Assembly (NCBI RefSeq): GCF_044704955.1
Contig: NC_091986.1
Coordinates: 178,126,001-178,190,000 of the forward strand
Direction of reading: 5' to 3'
Source of the DNA: Pristiophorus japonicus
Taxonomy: Eukaryota
Length of the DNA: 64,000 bases
The translations under genes and the position numbers were made by a program. The notes under the pieces are model-generated. The model saw only the letters and a list, made by a program, of their open reading frames with translations, searched no databases and had not been told where the DNA came from. How positions within the stretch are numbered: position 1 is the first letter of the stretch; every line of letters begins with the position of its first letter. Shown in pieces: positions 33,801 to 47,299 of this stretch.

Positions 33801-35522
33801 GTATGACTACACCATCCGGCACCGGCCCGGCACCGAAAACTGCGCTGACAAGCTCAGCAGGCGTCCACTGGCACTGAGGGAGCAGCGGAGCAAAGCGCTG
33901 AGATGGTCATGGCTGTTGATGCCTTTGACAGCGCAGGCTCCCCCATCACAGCCCGCCAGATCAAAATCTGGACCAACAGAGATCCCCGCCTATCCTTGAT
34001 TAAGAAATGTGTCCTGACTGGGGATTGGGCGCCCGCACACAGAGCATGCCCTGAGGTCAGACCGTTTCACAGACGGATGGATGAGCTCTCCATCCAAGCC
34101 AACTGCCTACTATGGGTCAGCCGGGTAGTCATGCCCCAGAGGGGCAGGGAAGCATTCATCAGGGAACTCCACAGCGAGCATCGTGCTGATGAAGGCCATT
34201 GCCCGGTCACATGTGTGGTGGCCGGGAATTGATTCAGACCTGGAACACTGTGTTCGCAGGTGCACGACGTGTGCCCAGCTAGATAATGTCCCCAGGGAAG
34301 CCCCGCTCAGCCCGTGGCCCTCGCCCACCAGGCCATGGTCACATATTCACGTAGACTACGCGGGCCCATTCATGGGAAAAATGTTTCTCATTGTGGTTGA
34401 TGTGTACTCGAAATGGATCGAATGCATCATTTTGAATTCGTGCACGACATCCACCACCGTTGAGAGTCTGCGCGCGGTCTTTGCGACCCACAGCCTGCCG
34501 GACATCCTTGTTAGCGATAATGGCCCATGTTTCACAAGCTACGAATTCCGGGAGTTCATGTCGGGTAATGGCATTAACCATGTCAGGACAGCACCGTTCA
34601 AGCCGGCCTCCAATGGCCAGGCGGAACGTGCGGTCCAAATCATAAAACAAGGCATGCTCCGGATTCAAGGACCCTCCCTTCAATGCCGCCTATCGCGCCT
34701 CCTGCTGGCCTATAGGTCCCGACTCCACTCGCTCACGGGGGTCCCGCCCGCGGAGCTACTCATGAAACGAACACTCAAAACTCGGCTGTCCCTCATTCAT
34801 CCAGTCCTGTCCGACATTGTTGAGGGCAAGCGCCAGTCCCAAAACGAGTACCATGACCAAAATTCAAGGGGGAGATGTATAGAAATTGATGACCCCGTAT
34901 TTGTTCTCAATCACGCTTTGGGGTGAGGGTACTGTAATAGACAAAGAGGGGAATAGAGTCATAGTGGTTAAACTTAACAATGGGCAGATATGCCGCAAGC
35001 ATCTGGACCAAGTAAAAAAAGGTTCAGCATGGACACTGAGGAACCTGAGGAAGATCATGAGATGGTATTCACACCACCGCCAGTGAACGAGTAACAAGAA
35101 CATTCAGCAGCATGCACAGTCCCTGCGGTCAGCCCGGACAGACCGGAATCACCACAGGTGACAGAGACGCATACCAAGGCTCAACAACCAGAGCCCCAAC
35201 TGCGGCGCTCCACGAGAGAGCGCAGACCACCCGAGAGACTTAACCTATGATCCCAATAAGATGTTGAGGGGGAGGTGATGTCATGTATGTAACATTTATG
35301 TAACAACACTGCAATACTGTATATACATAAGAAATGCACACCTTGACCACAGGGGGTGAACTTGTGAGAGACACTCCTCACCTGGTCATCCAGGTATATA
35401 AAGGGAGGTCCCACGCAGGGTCATCACTTCTTGGTCCTGTGAATAAAGGTTCAGGTCATGGAGTGATCTTGTCCATAGAATGTGCCTCGTGTGGATTTGT
35501 GGTACTGTGTAAGGACTTTACA
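30818..35522 (+). mobile_element. Full-length Gypsy/Ty3 (Mag-like) LTR retrotransposon, frameshifted
   Basis: 244-bp LTRs TG..CA at 30818-31061 and 35279-35522; TSD GAGCC on both sides; primer-binding site (PBS) TGGCGACGAG; polypurine tract (PPT) GAGGGGGAGG. Gag has two CCHC knuckles; then protease LDTGAS, RT FQDD, RNase H CDASSYGVG and integrase HVDYAGP/SDNGP, in Gypsy order. Confidence 0.95.
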
Positions 35523-35527
35523 GAGCC

Positions 35528-36765
35528 CACAGCCCTCATCCGGGCAGGTAAGTGATTGGCTGGTTGATTGATAAATATCTCTCTTTTATAACAGATAAAT
35601 CTAAATAGAGGGATGGCAGGGCAGGTCATTCCTGTGGAGTGCATGTCCTGCGGCACGTAGGAAGCCCTGGATGCTTCATGCAACCGAGACAACTATGTGT
35701 GCAGGAGGTGTCTCCAGCTTCAACTACTCGAGCTCCGCATTTCGGAGCTTGAGCAGCGGCTGGTGTCAATACGGTGCATCTGCGAGGCTAAGAGCTATGT
35801 GGATAGCATGTTTCAGGAGATGGTCACCCCAGATGCAGGTAGAGGGGAAGTGGGTGAACACCAGACGGAGGAAGAACACTAGGCAGGTAGTGCAGGAGCC
35901 TCCCCCGCCCTGAGTCCATCTCGCTTTCCAACCGATATTCTGTTCTGAGCACCGGTGAGGGCGATGGTGCCTCTGGGGAGTGCAGCCAGAGCTAATCCAA
36001 GGCACCATGAGTGGCTCAGCTGAAAAGGGAGAGGGACAAAGAATAACAGATCTATAGTGGTAGGGGATTCAATAGTTAGGGGCATAGAGAGGCATTTCTG
36101 CGGCTGTTGACGTGACTCCAGGATGGTATGGTGCCTCCCTGGTGCCAGGATCAAGGATGCCACAGAGCGGAAGCAGGGCATTCTGGGGGGAGAGGGTGAA
36201 CAGCGAGAGGTCGTGGTCCATATCGGGACAGCTCCATATGTTTTGCTCCTCGCAGCAATTTTCCCACTTATTTATTCTTCTATCTCCCTCTGACTGTTTG
36301 GGAGTCCATAGTACATTCCCAGTAGTGTGATCGCCCCTGCTTTGTTTTTCAATTCGACCCATATGGCCTCATTTGATGACCCCTCTAACATATCATCCAT
36401 TCTCACATGTAATTGTTACTTTAATTAATATTGCGACCCCCCACATCCTTTTTTACCCTCTCTCTATCCCCTCTGAAAACTCTGTAACTAGGAATGTTGA
36501 GCTGCCATACCTGCCCTTCTTTCAGCCATGTCTCTGTAATAGCTATAATATCATTCTCCAATGTCAATCTGTGTTCTCAGCTCATCTGCCTTATCCTCTA
36601 TACACTCCTTGCATTGAAGTATATACCATTTAGTGGTGCCAAACGCCCCTCTTGTCTATTTTCCAGCCCTTGTTTCCTCTGTCTTCCAAATTCACTGTCC
36701 TGCTGCCCAATTCCAGCTTTGCTTCTCTCTCCACTTAATCTATTCTCGTGTTTCCACCCCCCCGC
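35528..36765. mobile_element. CR1 ORF1 (plus) / CR1 endonuclease (minus) composite, paralog of 11590-12850
   Basis: Near-identical to unit A; resumes exactly after the Gypsy TSD. Confidence 0.75.
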
Positions 36766-36769
36766 GAAG

Positions 36770-38795
36770 GAAGCTCAACTGTGGCTAACAAGGGAAATTA
36801 GGGATAGCGTTAAATCCAAGGAAGAGGCATATAAATTGGCCAGAAAAAGCAGCAAACCTGAGGACTAGGAGAAATTTGGAATTCAGCAGAGGAGGACAAA
36901 GGGTTTAATTAGGAGGGGAGAATAGAGTATGAGAGGAAGCTTGTAGGGAACATAAAAACTGACTGCAAAAGCTTCTATAGATATGTGAAGAGAAAAAGAT
37001 TAGTGAAGACTGACGTAGGTCCCTTGCAGTCAGAATCAGGTGAATTTATAATGGGGAACAAGGAAATGGCAGACCAATTGAACAAATACTTTGGATCTGT
37101 TCTTCACTAAGGAAGCCACAAATAACCTTCCGGAAATACTAGGGGTTCGAGGGTCTAGCGAAAAGGAGGAACTGAAGGAAATCCTTATTAGTCAGGAAAT
37201 TGTGTTCGGGAAATTGATGGGATTGAGAGACAATAAATCCCCAGGGCCTGATATGCTGCATCCCAGAGTACTTAAGGAAGTGGCCCTAGAAATAATGGAT
37301 GCATTGCTAATCATTTTCCAACATTCTATTGACTCTGGATCAGTTCTTATGGACTGGAGGGTAGCTAATGTAACACCACTTTTTAAAAAAGGAGGGAGAC
37401 AGAAAACGGAATTATGGACCGGTTAGCCAGACATCAGTGGTGGGGAAAATGTTGGAATCAATTATTTAAGATGAAATAGCAGCGCATTTGGAAAGCAGTG
37501 ACAGGATCGGTCCAAGTCAGCATGGATTTATGAAAGGGAAATCATGCTTGACAAATCTTGTAGAATTTTTTGATGATGTAACTAGTAGAGTGGACAAGGG
37601 AGAACCAATGGATGTGGTGTATTTGGACTTTCAAAAGGCTTTTGACAAGGTCCCACACAAGAGATTAGTGTGCAAAATTAAAGCACATGGTATTGGGGGT
37701 AATGTATTGATGTGGATAGAGAACTGGTTGGCAGACAAGAAGCAGAGAGTCGGAATAAACGGATCCTTTTCAGAATGGCAGGCAGTGTCTAGTGGGGTGC
37801 CGCAGGGCTCAGTGCTGGGACCCCAACTATTTACAATATACATCAATGATTTGGATGAAGGAATTGAATGTAATATCTCCAAGTTTGCAGATGACACTAA
37901 ACTGGGTGGCGGTGTGAGCTGTGAGGAGGATGCTAAGAGGCTGCAGGTGACTTGGACAGGTTAGGTGAGTGGGCAAATGCGTGGCAGATGCAGTATAATG
38001 TGAATAAATGTGAGGTTATCCACTTTGGTGACAAAAACAGGAAGACAGAATATTATCTGAATGGTGACAGATTAGGAAAAGGGGAGCTGCAACGAGACCT
38101 GGGTGTCATGGTACATCAGTCATTGAAGGTTGGCATGCACGTACAGCAGGCGTTGAAGAAGGCAAATGGCATGTTGGCCTTCACAGCTAGAGGATTTGAG
38201 TATAGGAGCAGTGAGGCCTTACTGCAGTTGTACAGAGACCTGGAATATTGTGTTCAGTTTTGGTCTCCTAATCTGAGGAAAGACGTTCTTGCTATTGAGG
38301 GAGTACAGCGAAGGTTCTCCAGACTGATTCCCGGGATGGCAGGACTGACATATGAGGAGAGACTGGATCAACTGGGCTTGTATCCATTTGTTTCCAGAAT
38401 GAGAGGGGATCTCATAGAAATATAAAATTCTGACTGGATTGGACAGGTTATAGGCAGGAAGAATGTTCCCATTGCTGGGGAGTTCCAGAACCAGGAGTCA
38501 CAGTCTAAAAATAAGGGGTAAGCCATTTAGGACCGGGACGAGGAGAAACTTCTTCACTCAGAGAGTGGTTAACCTGTGGAATTCCCTACCGCAGAGAGTT
38601 GTTGAGGCCAGTTCGTTAGATATATTCAAAAGGGAGTTCGATATGGCCCTTACGACCAAAGGGATCAAGGGGTAATGGAGAGAAAGCAGGAACGGGGTAC
38701 TGAGGTTGAATGATCAGCCATGATCTTATTGAATGGCGGTGCAGGCTCGAAGGGCCGAATGGTTTGCTCCTGCACCTAATTTCTATGTTTCTATG
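36770..38795 (+). mobile_element. 5'-truncated CR1 LINE (RT + tail)
   Basis: ORFs 37091-37426, 37488-37964, 37952-38425, 38463-38675; ttctatgtttctatg tail. Confidence 0.9.
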
Positions 38796-38824
38796 TAAAC
38801 CATCCCCAACAGCACTAGCAAACC

Positions 38825-39745
38825 AGTCGTACCATTTAATGTGTATTCCCTTACCTTGTTAGACCTCCCCAAATGCATTACCTCACACTTATCCAGATTG
38901 AATTCCATTTGCCACTGTTCTGCCCACCTGACCCGTACATTGATATCTTCCTGCAGTCTGCAGTTTTCTTCTTCATTATCAACCACACAGCCTACTTTAG
39001 TGTAATCTGCAAACTTCTTAATCTTACCCCCAACATTCAAGTTCAAGTCATTAATATATACCACAAAAAGCAAGGGACCCAGCACTGAGCCCTGCGGAAC
39101 CTCACTGGATACAGCCTTCCAGTCACAAAACCACCCATCAACCATTACGCTTTGCTTCCTGCCTCTGAGCCAATTTTGGATCCAACTTGCTACTTTGCCC
39201 TGGATCCCATGGGCTTTTACTTTCGTGACCAATCTGCCATGTGGGACCTTATCAAAAGCTTTGCTAAAATCCATATACACTACATCATATGCATTGCCCT
39301 CATTGACCCTCCTGGTTAGCTCCTCGAAAAATTCTATTAAGTTAGTCAGATACGACCTTTCCTTAACAAATCCATGCTGACTGTCCTTGATTAATCCATG
39401 TCTTTCCAAATGAAGATTCATCCTGTCCTTCAGGAATTTTTCCAATAATTTTCCCACTACTGAGGTTAGGCTGACTGGCTTGTAATTACTCCGTCTATCC
39501 CTTTCTGCATTTTTAAACAAAGGTGCAACATTAGCAGTCCTCTGGTCCTCTGACACCACACCTGTAGCCAGAGAGGATTGGAAAATGATGGTCAGAGCCT
39601 TTGCTATTTCCTCTTTTGCTTCTCTTAACAGCCTGGGATACATTTCATGCGGGCTTGGTGATTTATCCAATTTCAAAGCTGCAATGCCCCTTACTTCCTC
39701 TCTTATGATGTTTATCTCGTCTAATATTTCACACTCCTCCTCTTC
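38825..39745 (-). mobile_element. CR1 RT fragment (extra copy of the spacer CR1)
   Basis: ORF 38783-39676; highly similar to 29725-30648. Confidence 0.85.
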
Positions 39746-39920
39746 AGTTCAGGAATTCAGGAGTCCGAGAGTTCTGGAGTTCAGGAGTCTGAGAGTTGGG
39801 GAGTCCGAGAGTTCAGGAGTTCAGGAGTCTGAGAGTTCTGCAGTCCGAGAGAGTGAGTTCAGGAGTCTGAGGAGCAGGAGGCCTGGAGGTCGGCAAGGAG
39901 TTCACTTCTGGCAAGGAGCC

Positions 39921-42900
39921 TGTCATGTATGTAACCTTTATGTAACAACACTGCAATTCTGTATATACGTAAGAAATGCACACCTTGACCACAGGGGGTG
40001 AACTTGTGGGAGACATTCCTCATCTGGTCATCCAGGTATATAAAGGGAGGTCCCACGCAGGGTCATCACTTCTGGAGTCCTGTAATAAAGAGTTAAGGTC
40101 ACAGATTGGCCTTGTCCCTGGAACGTGTCTCATGTGGTTTTATGCTATATAGTAAAGACTTTACATTGGCGACGTGAAACGGAAATTCACGGCCCACGAG
40201 AATGGCCACCGGTAGCACACAGGAATGGTACTGTGCTGGGGAAGACTGGGACGATTTTGTCGAGTGGCTTCAGCAGAGCTTCGTTACGAAAGATTGGCTG
40301 GGGGATGCAGCGGCCGACAAGCGAAGGGCCCATCTCCTGATCAGCTGCGGTCCAAAGAATTATGCGCTCATGAAGGACTTACTGGCACCCGAAAAGCCAT
40401 CGGACAAAACCTTTGAAGAGCTTAACAAATTAATCGGGGAGCACCTCAAACCGGCGAGCAGCATACACATGGCTCAACACAGATTCTACACCCACCATGT
40501 CGTGAAGGACAGAGCATACCGGACATTGTAGCGGACCTCCGGCGTTTGGCCAGCCTCTGTAAGGTCACAGACGCCTGCATGCTAAGGGACGTCTTTATCG
40601 AGGGTATCGGTCATGCGGGAATTTTTCGCAAGTTAATTGAGACCAAGGACTTGACCTTGGAAGCGGCAGCGTTGTTAGCTCAAACTTTCATGTCAGGGGA
40701 GGAAGAGACGAAAATGATTTACACGCGCAATTCTGCCTCTAACGCGGCGATGGATCAGGGAGTCAACATCATCAATGCTACTCAGAGCCCCGCAGGCAGG
40801 CAGGGGCAGTCCGACATTTACCAGGCAGCAATAGACCCCAGAGCAGGACCTCAACAGAGACAATGGCAGGCTGAACGGACGTTCACGCCATCACAGTAGA
40901 CAATGCGGCCCAGGATGGGGCCATTGACACCCACAAATAGGGTACTTAAGAGCAGTTAAAGGGACAGTCAGCGCGGAATGCCTGGCCATAGTCCCTTTGT
41001 CCCCAACAATGGAAACTTTAACTCATGTTGGGGGTGTGGGGGAAAACACTGAGCCAGATCTTGCAGATTCCAACAGTTTGTCTGCAGAAACTGAAATCTC
41101 AGTGGCCATTTCGCTCGAATGTGCAGAAAACCTGCAACCAGACTAATATATGAGGCAGGTGAACCAGAAGAGGGTTCTGTGAGGCAGGATGACTTTTGGA
41201 GCAAATCGATGGACGCCGAGGTTCAGCGGGTCCACGCGGCGAATATTCACAGTTCATACACCAAAACGCCACCAATGATGATGAGGGTTTTGTTGAACGG
41301 TATCCCAGTACGCATGGAGCTGGACACTGGGGCCAGCCAGTCACTCATGGGCGTTCAGCAATTTGAGAAGCTATGGCCGCTCAAAGCCAGTGGACCCAAA
41401 TTAGAACGTATTGAGACACAATTACGGACTTACACCAAATAAATAATTCCGGTGCTAGGCAGTGCAATGATGGCTGTCACACACAATGGGTTAGTGAACC
41501 GACTGCCACTCTGGATTGTCTCGGGCAATGATCCCGCACTGTTGGGGAGGAGCTGGTTAGCTGAGATGAACTGGAAATGGGGGGGATGTTCACGCTATGT
41601 CCTCGGTGGAGCGAAGTTCGTGCTCACAAATCCTACAACAATTCGAGTCACTATTCCAACCGGGCGTCGGGACTTTCAAAGGCACTAAAGTAGTGATACA
41701 CATCACTCCGGACGCCAGGCCAGTGCACCACAAAGCCAGAGCGGTGCCGTATGTGATGCGGGAAAAAATCGAGAGCGAATTGGACCAGCTGTTGCGAGAG
41801 TGCATCATATCTCGCCTGTTGAATTCAGCGACTGGGCGAGCTCCATCGTTCCCGTTCTAAAAGCGGATGGCTCTGTCAGGATCTGTGGCGACTACAAGGC
41901 CACCATCAATCGGGTGTCCCTACAAGACCAATACCCGCTCCCAAGAGCGGAGGACCTCTTCACCACACTGGCAGGCGGCAAGTTGTTCACCAATTGGACC
42001 TCACTCCAGCCTATATGACCCAGGAACTGGCTGACGAATCCAAACTACTGACCATCATCACCACACACAAGGGACTGTTTGCGTATAACAGGTGCTCGTT
42101 TGGCATTCGATCAGCGGCCGCGATTTTTCAACGTAACATGGAAAGCCTGCTTAAATCCATTCCGGGAACGATCGTATTCCAGGTCGACATCCTCATCACG
42201 GGTCGAGACACTGAGGAACACCTCCACAACCTGGAGGAGGTGCTACGCTGACTGGGCCGGGTAGGCCTACGACTCAAGAAGTCTAAAAGCATGTTCTTAG
42301 CTCCTGAGGTTGAGTTTCTGGGCAGGAGGGTTGCTGCAGATGGGATTCGGCCCACCGAATCCAAAACAGAGACGATTCGACGAGCACCCAGGCCCTGCAA
42401 CACATTGGAGCTGCATTCATTCCTGGGACTGTTGAACTATTTCGGGAACTTTCTACCGAACTTGAGCACGTTGTTGGAGCCGCTATACGTGCTCCTGCGT
42501 AAGGGTTGCGATTGGTTTTGGGGTGACTGTCAAGAACGGGCTTTTGATCGGGCACGAAACCTACTTTGTTCAAACAAGTTGTTGACCCTGTACGACCCCT
42601 GTAAACATTTAATTCTAACATGTGATGCATCGTCCTATGGGGTTGGATGCGTGTTGCAGCAGGGTAATGCTGAGGGTCAGCTACAACCTGTGGCTTATGC
42701 CTCCAGGTCGCTCTCTCAAGCAGAACGGGGCTATGGGATGGTCAAGAAGGAAGCGCTTGCATGTATCTATGATGTAAAAAAAATGCATCAGTACCTCTTC
42801 GGTATGAAGTTTGAATTAGAGACGGACCACAAGCCACTCACATCCCTGTTGTCTGACAGCAAGGCAGTCAATGCCAGCGCATCAGCTCGCATACAGCGAT

Positions 42901-44683
42901 GGGCTCTCACGCTAGCTGCTTATGACTACTCCATCCGGCACCGGCCCGGCACTGAAAATTGCGCTAACGCGCTCAGCAGGCTCCCACTGGCCTCCACTGA
43001 GGGGGCAGCTGAGCAAAGCGCTGATATGGTCATGGCTGTCGATGCCTTTGACAGTGCAGGCTCCTCCATCACAGCCCGCCAAATCAAAATCTGGACAAAC
43101 AGAGATCCCCTCCTATCCCTGATTAAGAAATGACTGGGGATTGGGCGCCCGCACACGGAGCATGCCCTGAGGAGGTCAGACCGTTCCACAGGCGGATGGC
43201 TGAGCTCTCCATCCAAGCCGACTGCTTGCTATGGGGCAGCCGGGTAGTCATGCCCCAGAAGGGCAGGGAGGCATTCATCAGGGAAGTCCACAGCGAGCAC
43301 CCAGGCATTGTGATGATGAAAGCCATTGCCCGGTCACACGTTTGGTGGCCTGGAATTGATTCAGACCTGGAACACTGTTCGCAGGTGCACGACTTGTGCC
43401 CAGCTGGGAAATGCCCCCAGGGAAGCCCCGCTCAGCCCGTGGCCCTGGCCCACCAAGCCATTGTCACGCATTCATGTTGACTACGCAGGCCCATTCATGG
43501 GGAAGATGTTCCTCATTGTAGTAGATGCGTACTCGAAATGGATCGAGTGCATCATCTTGAATTCATGCAAGTCATCCACCACCGTGGAAAGCCTACGTGC
43601 GATCTTTGCAACCCATGGCTTGCCGGACATCCTGGTTAGTGATAATGGCCTGTATTTCACGAGCTATGAATTCCGGGAGTTTATGTCGTGCAATAGCATC
43701 AACCACGTCAGGACTGCGCCATTCAAGCCGGCCTCCAATGACCAGGCGGAACGGGCAGTCTAAATCATTAAGCAAGGTATGCTCAGGATTCAAGGACCCT
43801 CCCTACAATGCCGCCTATCACGCCTCCTGGTGGCCTATAGATCCCGCCCGCATTCACTCACGGGGGTCCCGCCCGCAGAGCTACTAATGAAACGGACACT
43901 CAAAACTTGGTTGTCCCTCATCCACCCAGTCCTGACTGACATAGTTGAGGGCAAGCGCAAGTCACAAAACGAGTACTATGACCGTAATTCAAGGGGGAGA
44001 TGTATAGAAATAAATGATCCTATATTCGTCGTCAATCACGCCATGGGGCCCAAATGGCTTGAAGGCACTGTAATTGACAAAGAGGAGAATAGGGTCATCG
44101 TGGTAAAACTCAACAATGGCCAGAAATGCCGTAAGCATCTGGACCAAGTAAAAAAAAAAGGTTCAGCATGGACACGGAGGAACCTGAAGAAGACCATGAG
44201 ATGGAGCTCACAACACCGCCAGCGAACGAGCAACAAGAGCATTCAGAAGAATGCACAGTCCCTGAGGTCAGCCCGGACAGGCCGGAATTACCACAGGTGA
44301 CAGACACTCACGTCAGTGTCCAACAACCAGAGCCCCAACTGTGGCGCTCCACGAGGGAGCGTAGACCACCTGAAAGACTAAACCTCTGATCCCAATAAGA
44401 CTTTGGAGGGGGGAAGGTGATGTCATGTTTGTAACTACAATGTAACACTATTGTATTACTGTATACACTCAACTTAGTTGCATACCTTGACCACAGGGGG
44501 TGAACTTGTGGGAGACACTCCTTACCTGATCACACAGGTATACAAAGGGAGGTCCCACGCAGGGTCATCACTTCTGGAGTTTTGTAATAAAGAGTTAAGG
44601 TCACAGAGTGACCTTGTCCCTGAGTGACCTTGTCCCTGGAATGTGCCTCGTGTGGTTTCATGCTGTAGAGTAAGGACTTTACA
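39921..44683 (+). mobile_element. Gypsy/Ty3 (Mag-like) LTR retrotransposon, chimeric and degenerate
   Basis: LTRs 39921-40165 and 44421-44683; PBS TGGCGACG; PPT; gag/PR/RT/RH/IN remnants. Flanks do not match (GAGCC vs TTTAT). Confidence 0.93.
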
Positions 44684-44719
44684 TTTATCTCGTCGAATAT
44701 TTCACACTCCTCCTCTTCA

Positions 44720-45505
44720 GTGCAGGAGTTCAGGAGTCCGAGAGTTCTGGTGTTCAGGAGTCCGAGAGTTGGGGAGTCCAAGAGTTTGGGAGTTCAGGAG
44801 TCCGAGAGTGCTGCATTCCGAGAGTGAGTTCTGGAGTCTGAGATAGTGAGTTCAGGAGTCCGAGGAGCAGGAGGCCCAGAGGTCGGCAATGAGTTCACTT
44901 CTGGCGAGGGGCGCACCGCCCTCGTCCGGGCAGGTAAATGATTGGCTGGTTGATTGATAAATATCTCTCTTTTATAACAGGTAAATCGAAATAGAGGGAT
45001 GGCAGGGCAGGTCATTCCTGTGGAGTGCATGACCTGCGGCATGTGGGAAGTCCTGGATGCTTCGCGCAACCGAGACAACTATGTGTGCAGGAGGTGTCTC
45101 CAGCTTCAACTACTCGAGCTCCGCATTTCGGGGAAGTGGGTGAAGTGGGTGAAGACCAGACGGAGGAAGAACACTAGGCAGGTAGTGCAGGAGTCCCCCC
45201 TGCCCTGAGTCCATCTCGCTTTCCAACTGATATTCTGTTCTGAGCACAGGTGAGTGCAGCCAGAGCCAATCCAAGGCACCATGAGTGGCTCAGCTGCACA
45301 GGGGGGAGGGACAAAGAATAACAGATCTATAGTGGCAGGGGATTCAATAGTTAGGGGAATAGAGAGGCATTCCTGCGGCTGTTGACGTGACTCCAGGATG
45401 GTATGGTGCCTCCCTGGTGCCAGGGTCAAGGATGCCACAGAGCAGAAGCAGGGCATTCTGGGGGGAGAGGGTGAACAGCGAGAGGTCGTGGTACATATCG
45501 GGACA
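44720..45505 (+). mobile_element. CR1 5'UTR tandem repeats + ORF1 fragment
   Basis: ORF 44999-45208, MAGQVIPVECMTC..CRRC. Confidence 0.75.
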
Positions 45506-47275
45506 GCTCTATAGGTTTTGCACATCGCAGCAATTTTCCCACTTATTTATTCTTCTATCTCCCTCTGACTGTTTGGGAGTCTGTAGTACATTTCCTGTAG
45601 TGTGATCGCCCCTTTTCTGTTTTTCAATTCAACCCATATGGCCTCGTTTGATCATCCCTCTAACATATCATCCATTCTCACATGTAATTGTTACTTTAAT
45701 TAATACTGCGACGCCCACCTCCATTTTTACCCTCTCTCCATCCCCTCTGAAAACCCTGTAACTAGGAATGTTGAGCTGCCATACCTGCCCTTCTTTCAGC
45801 CATGTCTCTGTAATAGCTATAATATCATTCTCCCAATGTCAATCTGTGTTCTCAGCTCATCTGCCTTATTCTCTATACTCCTTGCATTGAAGTATATACC
45901 ATTTAATGGTGCCAAACTCCCTTCTTCGCTATTTTCCAGCCCTTGTTTCCTCTGTCTTCCAAATTCACTTTCTACTTTCCTGCTGCCCAATTCCGGCTTT
46001 GCTTCTCTCTCAACTTAATCTATTCTCAGGTTCCCATCCCCTTGCCAAGATTATTTAAACCATCCCCAACAGCATTAGCAAACCCTCCCACGAGGATACT
46101 GGTCCTGGCTCCGTTGAGGTGCAACCCGTCCAGCTTGTACCGGTCCCACCTTCCCTAGAAATGGTCCCAGTGCCTCAGGAATCTAAAGCCCATGCAGCCT
46201 GCACCATCTCTCCAGCCATGCATTCAATCTTTTTTTTATCCTCCCATTTCTGTACACACTAGCACATGGCACCAGCAGTAACCAAAGATTACTACCTTTG
46301 AGGTCCTGCTTTTTAATCTCTATCCTAGCTCCCTAAACTCTGCCTGCAGGACCTCAGCCCTCGTTCTACCTATGTCATTGGTACTGATAAGGGCCATGAC
46401 CTCCGGCTGTTCACCCTCTCCCCCCAGAATGTCTTGCAGTCACTCGGTGACATCTTTTACCTTGGCACCAGAGAGGCAACATACCATCCTGGAGTCACGT
46501 CTGCAGCCACTGAAACCTTGTCTGCTCCCCTGACAATCGAATCCCCTAGTACTATTGCTCTTCCACCCTTCTTCCTCCCTCCATGTGTAGCTGAGCCACC
46601 CGTGGTGCCATGATCTTGGCTCTGGCTGCACTCCCCAGAGGCACCACTGCCCTCACCAGTACTCAGAACAGAATACTGGTTGGAGAGCGAGATGGACTCA
46701 GGGGACTCCTGCACTATCTGCCTAGTCCTCCTCTTCTGCCTGGTGTTCACATTTCCTCTCTGCCTGCAAACATTTAAGCTGTGGGTTGACCGCCTCTAGA
46801 AACGTGCTATCCACGAAATTCTCAGTCTCGTGGATGCACCGCAGTGACTCCAGCCTCTGCTCAAGTTCCGAAACTCGGTGCTCGAATTGGTGCAGCTGGT
46901 AACACTTCCTGCGCATGTGGTCGTCCAGGCTACGCAAAGCGTCCAGGACTTCCCACATGATGCAGGATGTGCACTCCACGGGACTGAGCTGCCCTGCCAT
47001 GTCTCTATTTAATAGACTCAGAACTAACCCAGCAGAAATAAACGGAAAACTTAACAAAAAGCACTCACCAGCTACTCAACAATCAGCTCCTCCCCTTGTG
47101 CCGACATCACTTTTTCTACTCTGATGTCACTCTTTCAGATTCTGCCTGTTGAGTTGCTCCCGCTCTCGCTCTGCCCCCACTCTAGTCTCCCCTGGGTCCG
47201 TTGCTGCCTCCGGTCTCGGACCTGCATTCGGCGCTCCTTTTTTCGCCGCTCCTGCTCTCGCTCTGGTCTCACCCA
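45506..47275 (-). mobile_element. CR1 5' end (5'UTR, ORF1, endonuclease start)
   Basis: ORF 46722-47057 MAGQLSPVECTSC..; LGDSIVRG; GC-rich 5' end. Confidence 0.8.
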
Positions 47276-47299
47276 GGTCTGCTCCTCCTCCGGTCTAAT

